Below the pieces are notes generated by a model, which saw nothing but the letters and a program-made list of their open reading frames with translations, did not search any database and had not been told where the DNA came from. Below, piece by piece: positions 12,596 through 24,065 of a stretch of 64,000 bases of DNA. Positions within the stretch are counted from its first letter, which is position 1. Each line of letters opens with the position of its first letter. The position numbers were made by a program, and so were the translations under genes. The stretch comes from Takakia lepidozioides (lineage: Eukaryota > Plantae > Bryophyta), in NCBI GenBank assembly GCA_030704615.1, contig CM060734.1, forward strand, positions 37,386,001-37,450,000, in the 5' to 3' direction.

Positions 12596-13923
12596 TTAAC
12601 CACCTTGCTCAAAAAAACGCAATGTGCTCTCAAAACTAGCTACCACAAGTGGGTCAAATGTAGCCACAGTGAGTGGATTCAAAAAGTCAGAAAGATACTC
12701 TCCCACGAGCGCTCGCACCGCCCCTGCTTCCGAGATCTCTTGAAATGTCACGTTGGATTCTTCTTCAACACTCTTGCACTCACCATCTAATGCATTGAGT
12801 TCGTCATATGCATTTTCCCAACGTTGTCGGGTTCCTGCCATGGAGATTTGGGCTGCTCTACCTCGCAAACACTTTTGTAAAAACACAATTGCACTTACAC
12901 GACCCATCTTCTGAACTATTGTAGTGTCACATCGCGGCGTTAAAATTCGATGCTTCCCCTTGGCACTTTGGATAACCCGGTGGTGCAATCGGGTACCAAG
13001 AGGAGATAAAATTTGATCAGAGACGCCACCAAGCTGAATTGGGAGGCGCAACAACAATCTCAAGGCTATGGCACGTGCATTTGCATCGTTATGATCATAG
13101 GGATGCAATTGGTCTAACAACGACCTAAATACTATGGATGGTTCTAATTCTTCCACATTTTTTAATGGTAATGATTCGAAAGGCTCCAATATGACTCGTT
13201 TGATTGTTGATTTGATAGGTTGTTTGAAGGGAGCATGGACCGTACGGTGAGGAAAAACAATAGTCTTTTTAATGGGCATTAGTTGATCTTCACTGGTTGT
13301 CATACCCGTCAAGGGCCAACTATATTCTTTTTCTTTCATGGGTCGTTTTGGCTTTTCAACCTTTCTACAACTCGGATCATTTGGCCACGCAGGATCATAT
13401 ACAATCCTATAGTAAAGGCCTTCTCCATTTGGAAAGGTGGAGGGATCAGGGTTAGGAATGTAGGTTGTGTCCCATTCCAATGTTTGTGATTCATTTTCTC
13501 GATAGTCAGTTTGTGCAGCCTCTGAGACTCGTTGTCTTTGACCACTTCTCATCCTATGTTAAATATTATTGTGCCTCTCAAATTGAGTTTACTTGTTGCC
13601 TAGCTTCAATCATGTTAGCAAGATGATTGTTTATAAATCAATTAATCCAAGATCATGGCCTAAGGTTTCAAGAATTCCAATAAGCTTAGGGGGGGGGGGG
13701 GGGGGGGGCAACATAGATTAGACATGTGCAAGAAAAATTTATGATATTGAATCTTCGAAATTATTGTGTGGCTAAAAACGTAGAATTTTTTTTATCGACC
13801 GTTGACATACTACACATCTAACCAAATGGTAAAAAAATCTTTCTCTATGTGAGTCATGTCTTCTAGAGGTGGTTGCTCAACTTCAATGTATTTTGTTAAG
13901 ACATCGAGCTGGTTTGGATTCAT
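12596..13923 (-). CDS. CFAP91: CFAP91/MAATS1 (FAP91)-like flagellar protein, shortened and divergent; probable exons 13923-13823 and 13553-12596 (~352 aa)
   Basis: QTDYRENESQT resembles the CFAP91 QTDYR(E/D)xxxQT motif, and AIVFLQKCLRGRAAQISM resembles its LQKLLRGR..QNMM IQ-like motif. GT-AG intron 13822-13554 keeps the frame. Start and end are uncertain. Confidence 0.7.
13689..13708. repeat. Poly-G tract (20 nt) in the CFAP91-like intron
   Basis: Read directly from the sequence. Confidence 0.9.
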
Positions 13924-14413
13924 AAATCCCAGGCTAAGAATAAGATTAATTAAAATATCATCAAAAATATTTTCTAGACTGAATAATGATACACACATGC
14001 TCTATCACTGAGTCAATCATCACTACATCTCAACCATTTTACTTGATTAATCACAAACACACATTTAAGAAGTCATGTAGTTGAGAATTTTCTTGATTCC
14101 ACAAGAATGCAACACAAAGTATTGCAATAGTAGCTCAAAAAGCATTGTTGTCAAACTAAAGAGTAGATAACTGTTTATTAACCTCCTTATATTACCTACA
14201 CTACAGGTTGTTTGGCCCTTGGAATCCATAACAGTTAACTATTGACAATATTTTTGTGTTTTGCAGCATACAAAGACTAATATTCCGAGCGATCGGAAAG
14301 CTAATTTGTGCTAATATATTCTAAGAAGTTAGCATTAAAAAAAATTGTGCTCATCATTTTTCCTAAACTTGATAATATATAAAATATATTTTCTAGATCT
14401 CTATTGTTCATAC

Positions 14414-14914
14414 CAGTGTTGGACCGGTATATGTATTTTTAAATACCAGACTGCTGGTATGAAGGATCTGATCCCTTATGCATACCAGGCTGATAAGGGT
14501 ATGGTGGCAGGTATGACCTGATAGAGTATTAATGGTATCGATAGGGTAATAGGTCTTCTAAAATGGATAGTGTATGGGTATGGTATTGGTATTAATTCTT
14601 TTGAATTGATACTGGGGGTATATGAACATTGTAGTTATGTTGTTGAGCCTTTGTATACAGTACAATTGTCAAACTGTCTTTTAGTTATTTTTCTGCCCAG
14701 TCATGGTAGCCATGACTAGATTTCCACTTCCCCCGTGGAGAGTTTGAGCAATTTGTTCAGCCTCCACTGCCTGATACGTCTCAAGCACTCACTGGAGCTC
14801 ATATTCATACCCTACTTGTTCATATGCCTACTTATATTGAGCTCCATCGCCGCTACCATTACTCATACCTTTACTGTATACTCAGGTCTGACCATATATA
14901 CCGGTCCAACGCTG
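14414..14914. mobile_element. hAT-type MITE, 501 bp
   Basis: 19-bp TIRs CAGTGTTGGACCGGTATAT / ATATACCGGTCCAACGCTG; 8-bp TSD GTTCATAC / GTTTATAC; GGTAT/ATACC subterminal motifs. Confidence 0.88.
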
Positions 14915-15169
14915 GTTTATACCACAAAATCATAAATATTGATTCACAACTTTTGATAATTTGCTGACTCCAAATCTCACTTACATACACCATGAATATT
15001 TTGCAACCTATGGGTGTGAATATTACGGTAATCACAATGTCAGCAATATTATCATGATTTAAAGTGAAAAAATATATTTAAAATAATCCCCACAGATTTA
15101 AGTTTGAGCAAGCTTCACCTACTATCAATGTTGTAAATTTAAGATGTTATTCAGAAATATATTATGTAA

Positions 15170-16750
15170 TTTTTATTTTTATTTTTATTTTTAAAACTTT
15201 TAGAGAAAGGGGACGGAGCCCTTTTAATCAAATTAGAATCGAGGAAAAATAACCTCGTGGGGGCCATCAGACAGAACAATCGTGGGAAACCTCCAAGAGC
15301 ACCACCATGGGTAGCTAAGAAAACCGGTCCTAGTTACTGAAAGAATCAGCAGCTTAAAAACCAGGCCTAAGAACAATCCACAAGGCATAAATCTAAGAGC
15401 ATAAGGTTCTACCATCTATGCCAGAGTTGATACAAAGCCACACTGGGGAGCTATAAGACCAGTCATGCTTAGCTGAAGGAATCGGCCGCTTGAAACCAGA
15501 CATAAGAGCTAACCACTAAGGCATAAATCTAGGAAGAGAAATCCGCTATCTAGATGCCAAAAGTAAACTGCGAGCCTGCAGAACAACACAGCAAGGAGGA
15601 CAGAACAGATCAGGACTGAAGCCTAGCGTTTGGATCTGAGGCTTTGAAATTAAGGTAAGCCTTAATCTTAGAGTTCTTGTTCTTCCCGAGTTTCCAATTA
15701 ATGTCCTCCTCAAAATCCAGTGCCCACGAAGCATCGAACTCTTGAAGTAGCTTGTCCTGTTTCGCTTGAGTACATCTGCAAAGAGCTACAACCACCCATC
15801 CCCAAGCCTTCTTCCCCTCAACCCATAGATAAAAAATGATCCTCTTAAACACTGCTCTAAGGCAAGGGAGTTCTGAGTCGTACCAATTAGCACACCTAGC
15901 CTTCCAGATACGCCAGAGAGCAAGAGAATGAATGGAAGACCAAACCTGACAACTATGCCAAATGCCAGTACCCTGCAAATTGAGCAAGTGAATGGAAGCC
16001 ACATTGGAATGAACTAATTTCCACGGGGCATAGAAGGCACGAACTTTGGACCAGACAAAAGCAACAAAGCAACAGGAAAAAAGGCCATGCTCCAGGGTTT
16101 CAGCCTCCCCGGCTAGGCACATTTTGCAGAGAAGAGGGGGCTCAAAGATATAAGCACCAAAAGGAAGGATTCTATGAGCCAATTTCCACAGAAAGCCAGA
16201 GGTTTTTGCGGGGAGATGTGTCAGCCAAGTAATCTTCCAAACAGCACCCAGTCTGTGCCTGGATCCAAGAAGCCCCTCCACTTCTTATCCCATTTATGCT
16301 TTCAAGGGCGAGAAGGGTGGATCAAGGAATAACCAAGCTTGGCTATGTAGCCCAAGAAAGGATCCTTGTTATCAGAAAGCCATCTCCACTCGCCAGGATC
16401 CAAGAGCAGATCCATTAATGATTTGCCCTCAAACCAGCACAAGTCGACCTTAGAAAGCCAATCCTTCCAACCCTCCTGTGGGGGTTTAGGGTCCACATTG
16501 CCAGAAATGGAGTCCAGTACTATGATATGATCCAGGCAACATGTAGGAATGTCAACACCAGAAGATATAGGGATGAGCCTATTATGTATTTTCCAAAAGC
16601 CAATTCCTTTGCAATATATATTTGATTCTGAGAATACAAACATGGCATGGCAAATTGCAGGCGGCTTACAACCCTGCCAGGATACCGTGTAAACCATACT
16701 CCTCTCATTATTGATGACCACCCCACAGGTAATTCAGCCAAAATCGTCAT
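15170..16750 (-). mobile_element. 5'-truncated L1-clade LINE (ORF2 C-terminus with zf-RVT, 3' UTR, A-rich tail)
   Basis: ORF 15610-16281 contains FLWKLAHRILP...CKMC...ETLEHGLFSC...LWRIWKARC; T-rich tail near 15170-15195. Confidence 0.85.
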
Positions 16751-17069
16751 GCTTTTGGCTCCATGTCATTTATCAATATTTTTTTCTATCAAATTTGTAT
16801 CCGATTCCTAAAAATCGCCGGTTTAGATGCATAACCAGAGGGTATGAAAGTGTGAAATAAAAGATTATATATATGTTGTAATACCCGGAAAATACCTTGT
16901 TGATACTGTCCTGTCCCAAAAATAATAATAATAATAATAATAATTGTTGCATTGCTATTAGCAGCTGACAATGGCAGCCTAGATTTGTTCCAGCAAACAC
17001 CCAACTCAACTTACCACACCACTTCCTATTCTCAATTGCATCTACCACTCTGTAACCCAAAGGCATTTA

Positions 17070-17405
17070 CCTTCCAAGACGGTTGTCCCACCATTGACTG
17101 GGGTCAGAAAAGTATTCATTTCACAGCTTCTCCTCTCTGTTACCTATTTTTGGATACTTTCCTATTGTCACTTTGGCAGTATCATGTCAAAGTCACTCCA
17201 AACTATCAAAGGTTCACTCAACCAGCTAACTTGCAGAATTCTTGAAACATGAAAATTTAGGGCGATTCTGATAAGAGAGGAAAATAGAGTGAAATGTGTT
17301 GAAGAAGGTGCCTTGATTAGCATTGCCTGATTTTATCAATTGTGCCGTTGCTGCGGCTTCCAGTTGACCATCTACCCATGCAGGTTTCTTGGAGCTATTT
17401 TTCCA
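17070..17405 (-). pseudogene. Fragment of an OSB-type organellar ssDNA-binding (PDF-motif) gene
   Basis: W.NSSKKPAWVDGQL is followed, after an intron-like gap, by EEKL*NEYFSDPSQWWDNRLG|GT. This matches the PDF motif LW..FF.NP.EWWDNR..K, with W changed to a stop. Confidence 0.65.
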
Positions 17406-17407
17406 TG

Positions 17408-18200
17408 GGGAATCACCCCTTCCCGCATCATTGCTCATAGGTCTCCAAAGCCATCCACGCCCTTGCTGTGTATATCCTGCAATCATCAAACTCCACGACA
17501 CCACATCTCGTTCAGCCATAATGTCGAACACTTCCTTTGCATCCTCAATGCACCCACATTTGGCATACATGCAGTCCACCAGGGCAGTGTTCAGAATGAC
17601 ATCGGGTACAATTCCAGATTTGACGATGTCACCATGGACCTCTTTGCCCTTTTTCAGAGCTCCTAGGCTTGCACATGCATTACAAACAAATATGATGTGG
17701 TTGGGCTTCACCCCTTCGCGCAACAGTTGCTCATAGGTCTCCAAAGCATTCCTACCACACCCATGCTTGGTAACTCCTGCCAACATTATATTCCACGTGA
17801 TCAAAGATCGTTGAGGCATTCTGTTGAACACTTGGTGAGCATCCATGATGCTCCCGCACTTAATATACATGGAGACAAGGGTGTTGAGTAGAAAAACATT
17901 TGGCGTGAATCCACTTTGAATTATGTGAGTGTGCACCTGCTTTCTAGCTTCCAGACCTTCCATCTTGATGCACTTAAGCAAGAGACAGACATACGTACCT
18001 GAATCTGCTGAAATGCCTCATTGGTTTAAAGATTGTAGAGCCTCTGTTAGTCTGTCTGCCGCAAAGCATCTTCACATGCCCAGAAGTGCCAGAAGAGGCA
18101 TTGTGGACTCCCTCTCTTGATCCTCTTTCAGAAGCTGTGGTCATGGATTGAAAGCGGAATGAAATCATGGCCAACGACACAATGAAGAGATAGACACGAA
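17408..18200 (-). pseudogene. Truncated PLS-class PPR pseudogene
   Basis: L-S-P-L-S-P repeats (QVHTHIIQSGFTPNVFLLNTLVSMYIKCGS...VVSWSLMIAGY) with frameshifts and indels; the N-terminus parallels 35900-36200. Confidence 0.88.
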
Positions 18201-18310
18201 TAGCGCTGCAATGGGAGGACCGCCTATGTCCAGCTTGCATAGGGCGCAGCAAGGAAATTGAAACTGAAGAACACTTCTTCTTCTACTACCCTGTATACTA
18301 CGACATCCGT

Positions 18311-21300
18311 TTGAACAACTTTGTGATTGAAGAGCTACAGGAACTATGGATTGAAGTTGAAGCTTACGACATTTTGAAACCAGTAGGGCAACGGAGTTTC
18401 ACCCTCCGTGCCATACTCATGTGGTCAATCCACGATTTCCCCGCATATGGCCTTGTTGCGGGTTGCAAGACGAAGGGCTACAAAGGGTGCCCCATTTGTG
18501 GGCCCTATGTGGATTCACGGCACTCAAAGCCACTAGGGAAGACAATATACATGGGGCATCGACGTTACCTTGCAAGAAACCACCCCTACCGACGAGCAGG
18601 AAGGCACTTCAATGGATGTGTTGAAAAGAGAATGGCACCAAATGCTGTGACTCCGGAGGAGACATTGCAATTTGCAAAGGAGAAAGAGGCGTTCATGGAG
18701 ATTGGAGGGAGAGACGGAAGTAGTGCGGATCCAGCCATGGAGCACGGGGTGAAGCGCCGGACAATCCTTTGGGATTTGCCATACTGGAAGGTGCATGAAT
18801 CCCCCCCTCCCCCCTCCCCCATTCACTCACTTTCTTTCACATTGTGCTTCCTGGAATTACCTTTACTGTCAGGAGTCCTTCCACCAACTCCTAAGTCAGT
18901 GTAACTACTATGCAGTAGATGTTGAAGTCGTACACCTCACTGTGGAGAGGATCGTGGAGTTGTTGAAAGCAGAATGTAGTAACATGGACAACTTCTGCCA
19001 CATATTCTACTTTTTTTGCCCATAGAACTTGGTGTCATGGGAGGACATTTGGCATTTCAGAACCTCTTGCAGCGGTACCTCCTGGACCCCATGCATTGTG
19101 AGAAGAACTTCTGCGAGAACATTATGAAGACTATCTTTGGGGAGAAGGATACGATAAACGTACGAAAGGACATGGAGATTGAAGGGATAAGGTCACATCT
19201 GTGGCTAAGGCCTGATCCAAATAGACAAGGCAAAGTGCTCATGCCAGCAGCATCATACGTCCTGACCAAATCAGAGCAAGAGGATTTTTTGAAGACATTG
19301 GGAGCCATGAAAGTGCCAACTGGATTCTCGGGTGCTTTCCAAAAGCATGCCATAAACAAGAAATGGTCGGGGATGAAGTCACATGATCTACACGTGATGA
19401 TGCAATAGATTTTGCCAGTGTGCATTCGGGGTACGATGGTGCCAGGTCCTCGAACAGCCATAATGCGTGTAAGTCGAGTGTTTAGGAAGATTTGTGCGAA
19501 GGTGTGGGATCCGAGGGACATTATATCGTTGCATGAGGATGTGGCTATGACCCTATGTTTGCTGGAGAAAGAATTCCCTCCATCATTCTTTGACGTCATG
19601 ACGCACTTGTTAGTGCATCTTGTAGAGGAGTTGCATGTATGTGGGCCCGTAGCCAGCTGGTGGATGTATCCCATGGAGAGGTACATGAAGGATCTGAAGG
19701 GGTATGTACGCAACATGGCATGGCCAAAGGGGAGTATGGCGGAGGGCTACATCCGCGACGAAGCCCTGGGCTTCATGACAGAGTATATGTCTTCATTTGA
19801 TGCAATGCAACGACGGGTGTGGGACGAGAATGAGGAAGAAGGAGTTGTAGGCGAGGTCCTAGAAGGTGGTGGAACAAAGCGTGCCATGAGCCCGCGCCTT
19901 CGAGATGTGGCACATGATTATGTGTTGAACAACACAACAACCATGACACCATGGAGACAGTGGGTGCCAACTTACCTCCCTCCTGTGCTATTCTTAATGG
20001 TCTTTGTATGCTGGAATTGCATATATATTGTCACAAGTCATTCCGGCCATTATGGGAGTGGGATCGTGTACTAACAGGGTGCTTCAGACGACTACAGAGG
20101 GTGTTTCGTAGATCTTGGTTGTTGCTTGCAAGTGATTATGAAGTAGGCTGCATCACTACAGTGTGCTTGAAAGGACACACACTCTGCATGTGGCATGCAT
20201 GTACAGCACGGTGTTGGTCAGGGGGACTGAGTTGCAGCTTCTATTTGGTTTCTGCCAGAAAGTACGCAGCGGAGAAGGTCCGCCTGAAAACGGAACGGAG
20301 TACATTTGCAAAAGCATGGCGGAGGGGCGGTCGTAGGCGCAGATCCCCGGTGAAGTACCCCACAACAATGGAGGAGCTGCAGCCCTTTACAGTGTGGGTC
20401 AGATCTGGAATTGCAGTGTACGCATCAGAGAACGAGGACCCAGATGAGGGCATGGTGAGTCTGTCATTCCCCCCAGGGCTGATTGCCACTTCGTACCGGT
20501 CAATGAAAGCATATGACAATCACTATAGAGTGGACGATGCCAACACCAGCCTCTTGGTGACTTATGACAGCGAAGTGGCATCATTTTTTGAACAAGAGAG
20601 TAGGAGCTGTGCACGAGATCGGAATCCAATTTCATGCCATGTGCAATATGTAGGAGTGATCAAAGAGATCCTTAAACTAGACTATGGTCTTGTGAAGCCA
20701 ATTCTATTCCGTTGTTCTTGGGTAAAATCCAATATGGTAGGAGAGAATGCCACCATGAAACGGGATGAGTACGGGTTCCTCCTTGCTGATTTCAGAAAAA
20801 TGCTACCACAAGATGAAGAGCCATTCATCTTCCCATCGCAAGTTGAGCAAGTTTTCTTTTCAGATGACACCCATGCACCGGGATGGAAGGTGGTTCTTCA
20901 CAAGGACCCCCGGGCCAAACGAGTCGTGGCCGACATCCATGATCTGGACCTAGGGGAGAATGCCGACCACGAGGGTCTGAGGGAACCATGAAATCTACCA
21001 GATACGGCGGAACCAGTCTCTTTGGAAGGAGCAGTTACCTTTAATGAGGAAGACATTCCAGGGTTGGTAATTACTGCAAGGCAAATTGCAGATGTGGGTA
21101 GTGAAGGGGAAGATTATTTGGATACAGATAGTGAGCCCAACTGAATCTCAGTGTCCATTAAGCCAGCAGCTCATAGACGAGAGCTATGCTAAGGACTCTT
21201 ACTGTCCTTAGAACCCATTTTGTACAGTCCTGCAAGCGCGCAAGGGCGAGACAGTTAATAGTATCGATAATGTCCCGGTATGTGGTCCGTACTGTCTTGT

Positions 21301-23459
21301 GAACAAACATTTTTTTGTTCTGCCAATATTGTTTCTGACATGTGAGGAGAGGATCGTCTTCATGTACGGGAAATAGACGTGAATGTGTGCATGCATTTTC
21401 TGGCCCAGCTGCATGCTTTCCAGGAACAAAGACCAGTGGAATGGGGGGTGTCTCCAAAGGAGCAGGACCGAACGACACCTTTTTGTGCTTCCCTTGCTTT
21501 CCTTCTCACCGTTGTTGCATTCTCCCACCTTCCCAACAACAACACTCTCGAAGCAACAACATAACATATGTTGCAACATGGTCTTCTTCACCAGTGAATG
21601 AGCTTTTTTGCTACATGTACTGCCACGTCCACATTAACGTTGATCCCTGCAAGCACTTGGCAAGACACCCCAGAGCCGCAAATCCAGCAACCACCACAAA
21701 CACATCTAATTGTTGTAGTGACACGGGAATAGCTCACTTGTAGAGGAATTGAACCTCCAGCCAAATGAATGGCTCTGCCCCTTGTAGCACAAGTGCGATG
21801 CAAAAACAAGGTGAGTACAAAATGAAGAAGCACTTACGAGGTCCTCATCCCTCGGATGGGCTCCCACTTGTGCTTTGGAACTGTGCAAGCCTGACTAGTA
21901 CCAAATTGCATGAATCCTAAGCCTGAATGTCAAATGCAAGTTTATGTCGCGATGCAGCACGCCATCATCTAACCTGTAGTTTCCAATTTCATTAGTGTCA
22001 CAACTGCCTTCAAGTCAACATCAAAAGTAAGTCCACCTATGCGCAAATCGCAGAATGTCTCATGACACCATCTGCCGCCGCTGGTTTGGCATGATATGAT
22101 TGTAGTTCACAACCTTAATGAACGCTTTCAGCCTTGACCTCTTTGCGATCTTCTTCTATGATTGCTTCTTCATAATTTATGAAAGGGAAAAGCAGCTACA
22201 CATCAAATTCTTGCAAGTACAGGGGGGTAATCAAGCCTCCTTGGGAGAAAGAGTGCCATAAACACAAACACATCCTTAAATGTAAAAATTGGAGAAGCGA
22301 ACGTCTGGTGGCAATAACTGCCTAAACCAGAATTATACTCCATTCCAGCGCACATGTAAAGGGTCGGATGATAACTCGGAATCCCAGTTGGAGATAATGA
22401 GACGAATACATGACTATCTTGCGAGTTTCAACTTCTTGGAGGTAGTTTCCAGTTTCTCTGGTGTCACAACTGCCTTCAAGCTGGGTTTAGAGGAATTAAG
22501 TCCCACTCACAAATGCAGAATGTCTCCCTCATCTGCGTGGGGAAAATGGGGTTTGGCATGATATGATTGTAGTTCACAACTTGTGAGGGCATATTCTTCA
22601 GCCTTGACGTCTTTGCGATCTTCTTCTGTGACGCCTTCTGCATAACTTGTGAAATGGAAAAGCAGCTACACATCAAATTATTGCGATGCCACTCAATGGC
22701 ACTATGAACGTTTCGAGCATGCTGTCAGAAAACTAGACGGGCAAAAACCCAATTCAGCAGCCTCACCTTGCGTGGATACTTGGGAATTGATGCCAGAAGG
22801 GCATGCCCGTATGCGCGCTCCATCGTGCCTCCATCCAGCACATTCTGTAAATGATGAATGACCAAGACCCCGATGTCACACCGTTCTGAGAAGCCACTAC
22901 GCGCGCTCACAGTATACAAAGGCCTTGCCGTGTCAGGATTTCCATTCCCACGTCCCGCCATGTCCGACGCAGCACTTGCATCCTTGTCTCTGCCAGGTGG
23001 AGGCAGCACGTATTAAAATATCTATTCCCCCAAGGCCACATTTTGTTTACCTCTTTTTGTGAAAGCCACGTCAGCAAATGTGCTGCCGAGTCATGGGTGC
23101 AATGAATGCGCAGTGGTTCATGGAGTCGTTGAGTCGACTATATATTCACTTTAATGAATAAATATCTTTATTCCATTAATCGAATTAGGAAAGAAAATTT
23201 GTAGTCGCATGTGCAGTAATTACAACCACTTGTAATTTTGGCTTTTTCAAATTTTATGGATTTACGCAATTCGTGAAATAGCCCGGAATTCTGCTACGAC
23301 TCCGGAGTCGTTGACCCCACTTTTGTCCGCCGTCTGAAATGCCCCCGTGGGCCAACATTGTCTGTTTCGACTCTCCAGTAGTCCCGTTTACTACCAAGTG
23401 GTTCCCGGAGTGGTCGCGGACATGCAGTCGAACTGGAAAAGACACGAATGCTTCTAGTG
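18311..23459 (+). mobile_element. CACTA (En/Spm) transposon, 5'-truncated, with TnpD-like transposase pseudogene
   Basis: Transposase_21 (LMWSIHDFPAYG..GC..KGYKGCPIC), intron 18791-19060, DUF4218 (DPMHCEKN; FFDVMTHLLVHL; WMYPMERYM) with in-frame TAG at 19406-19408, DUF4216 (DEPFIFPSQVEQVFF). Right terminus ...TTCTAGTG at 23459 (reverse complement CACTAGAA). Confidence 0.88.
21976..22684. repeat. Diverged ~240-bp direct repeat pair (21976-22214 and 22442-22684) inside the CACTA element
   Basis: Shared blocks: gtgtcacaactgccttcaag, gtttggcatgatatgattgtagttcacaac, gaaaagcagctacacatcaaatt. Confidence 0.8.
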
Positions 23460-24065
23460 TTGGGCACTCAAGGAGGCGGAGGTGCTCACTAGGTGGAGCC
23501 CCGCACACCGGGTTGCGGTGGGGGTGGGTCCACGAGGGGTGGTGGTGGCTTAGTGGGTCTTAGTGGGGGGTGACATAGGACTCACCATGGGGCGGAGACC
23601 TTGTGGTAGGAGTCGTGGGGAGTCTTGGGACTCATCACGGTCCAATGGGGCCGTGGTGGGTGGGCCAAGACTCATCGCGACTCATCACCGGGAATCGAGG
23701 GTCTTCGTGGTGGTTCGCCATAAAATGACTGGGTTGTTTGTGAAACCCCCGCGGACAGTCACACAAGTATATATAGGGGGTAGTAACCCCGAGAACGGTG
23801 CAAGCCCATTGGTGACCCAAAACTAGTGAGTAAGCGTGTGAGCCGGAAAGCGACCAATGTGTGGGGTGCTGTTCCGGACTGCCAACAACCAAAGGGAATT
23901 TCCACTAGGCCCAAAGTGAGCGAGGGTCTTGTGGAGGAGCAAAGAGGGACCGTTATGTCCCGGTGAGCAGCCGAAGCTCCGAGTTGGCCCGGCGGCTAGT
24001 TTGGGAGTTATACGCGCGTACCAAAGCGAGTAACTATGACTTGAAGGGGAGCCTACCGAATTGAA
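23460..24065. mobile_element. Possible LTR fragment between the CACTA end and the copia RNase H
   Basis: GC-rich non-coding block starting TGTTGG with TATATAGGG at ~23768; it truncates the copia RNase H. No second copy or TSD seen. Confidence 0.35.

Noticed and set aside
19406-19408. Stop codon restored by U-to-C editing or read-through in the CACTA transposase
   Set aside because: A CAG>TAG transition in a truncated nuclear TE is simply explained by mutational decay.
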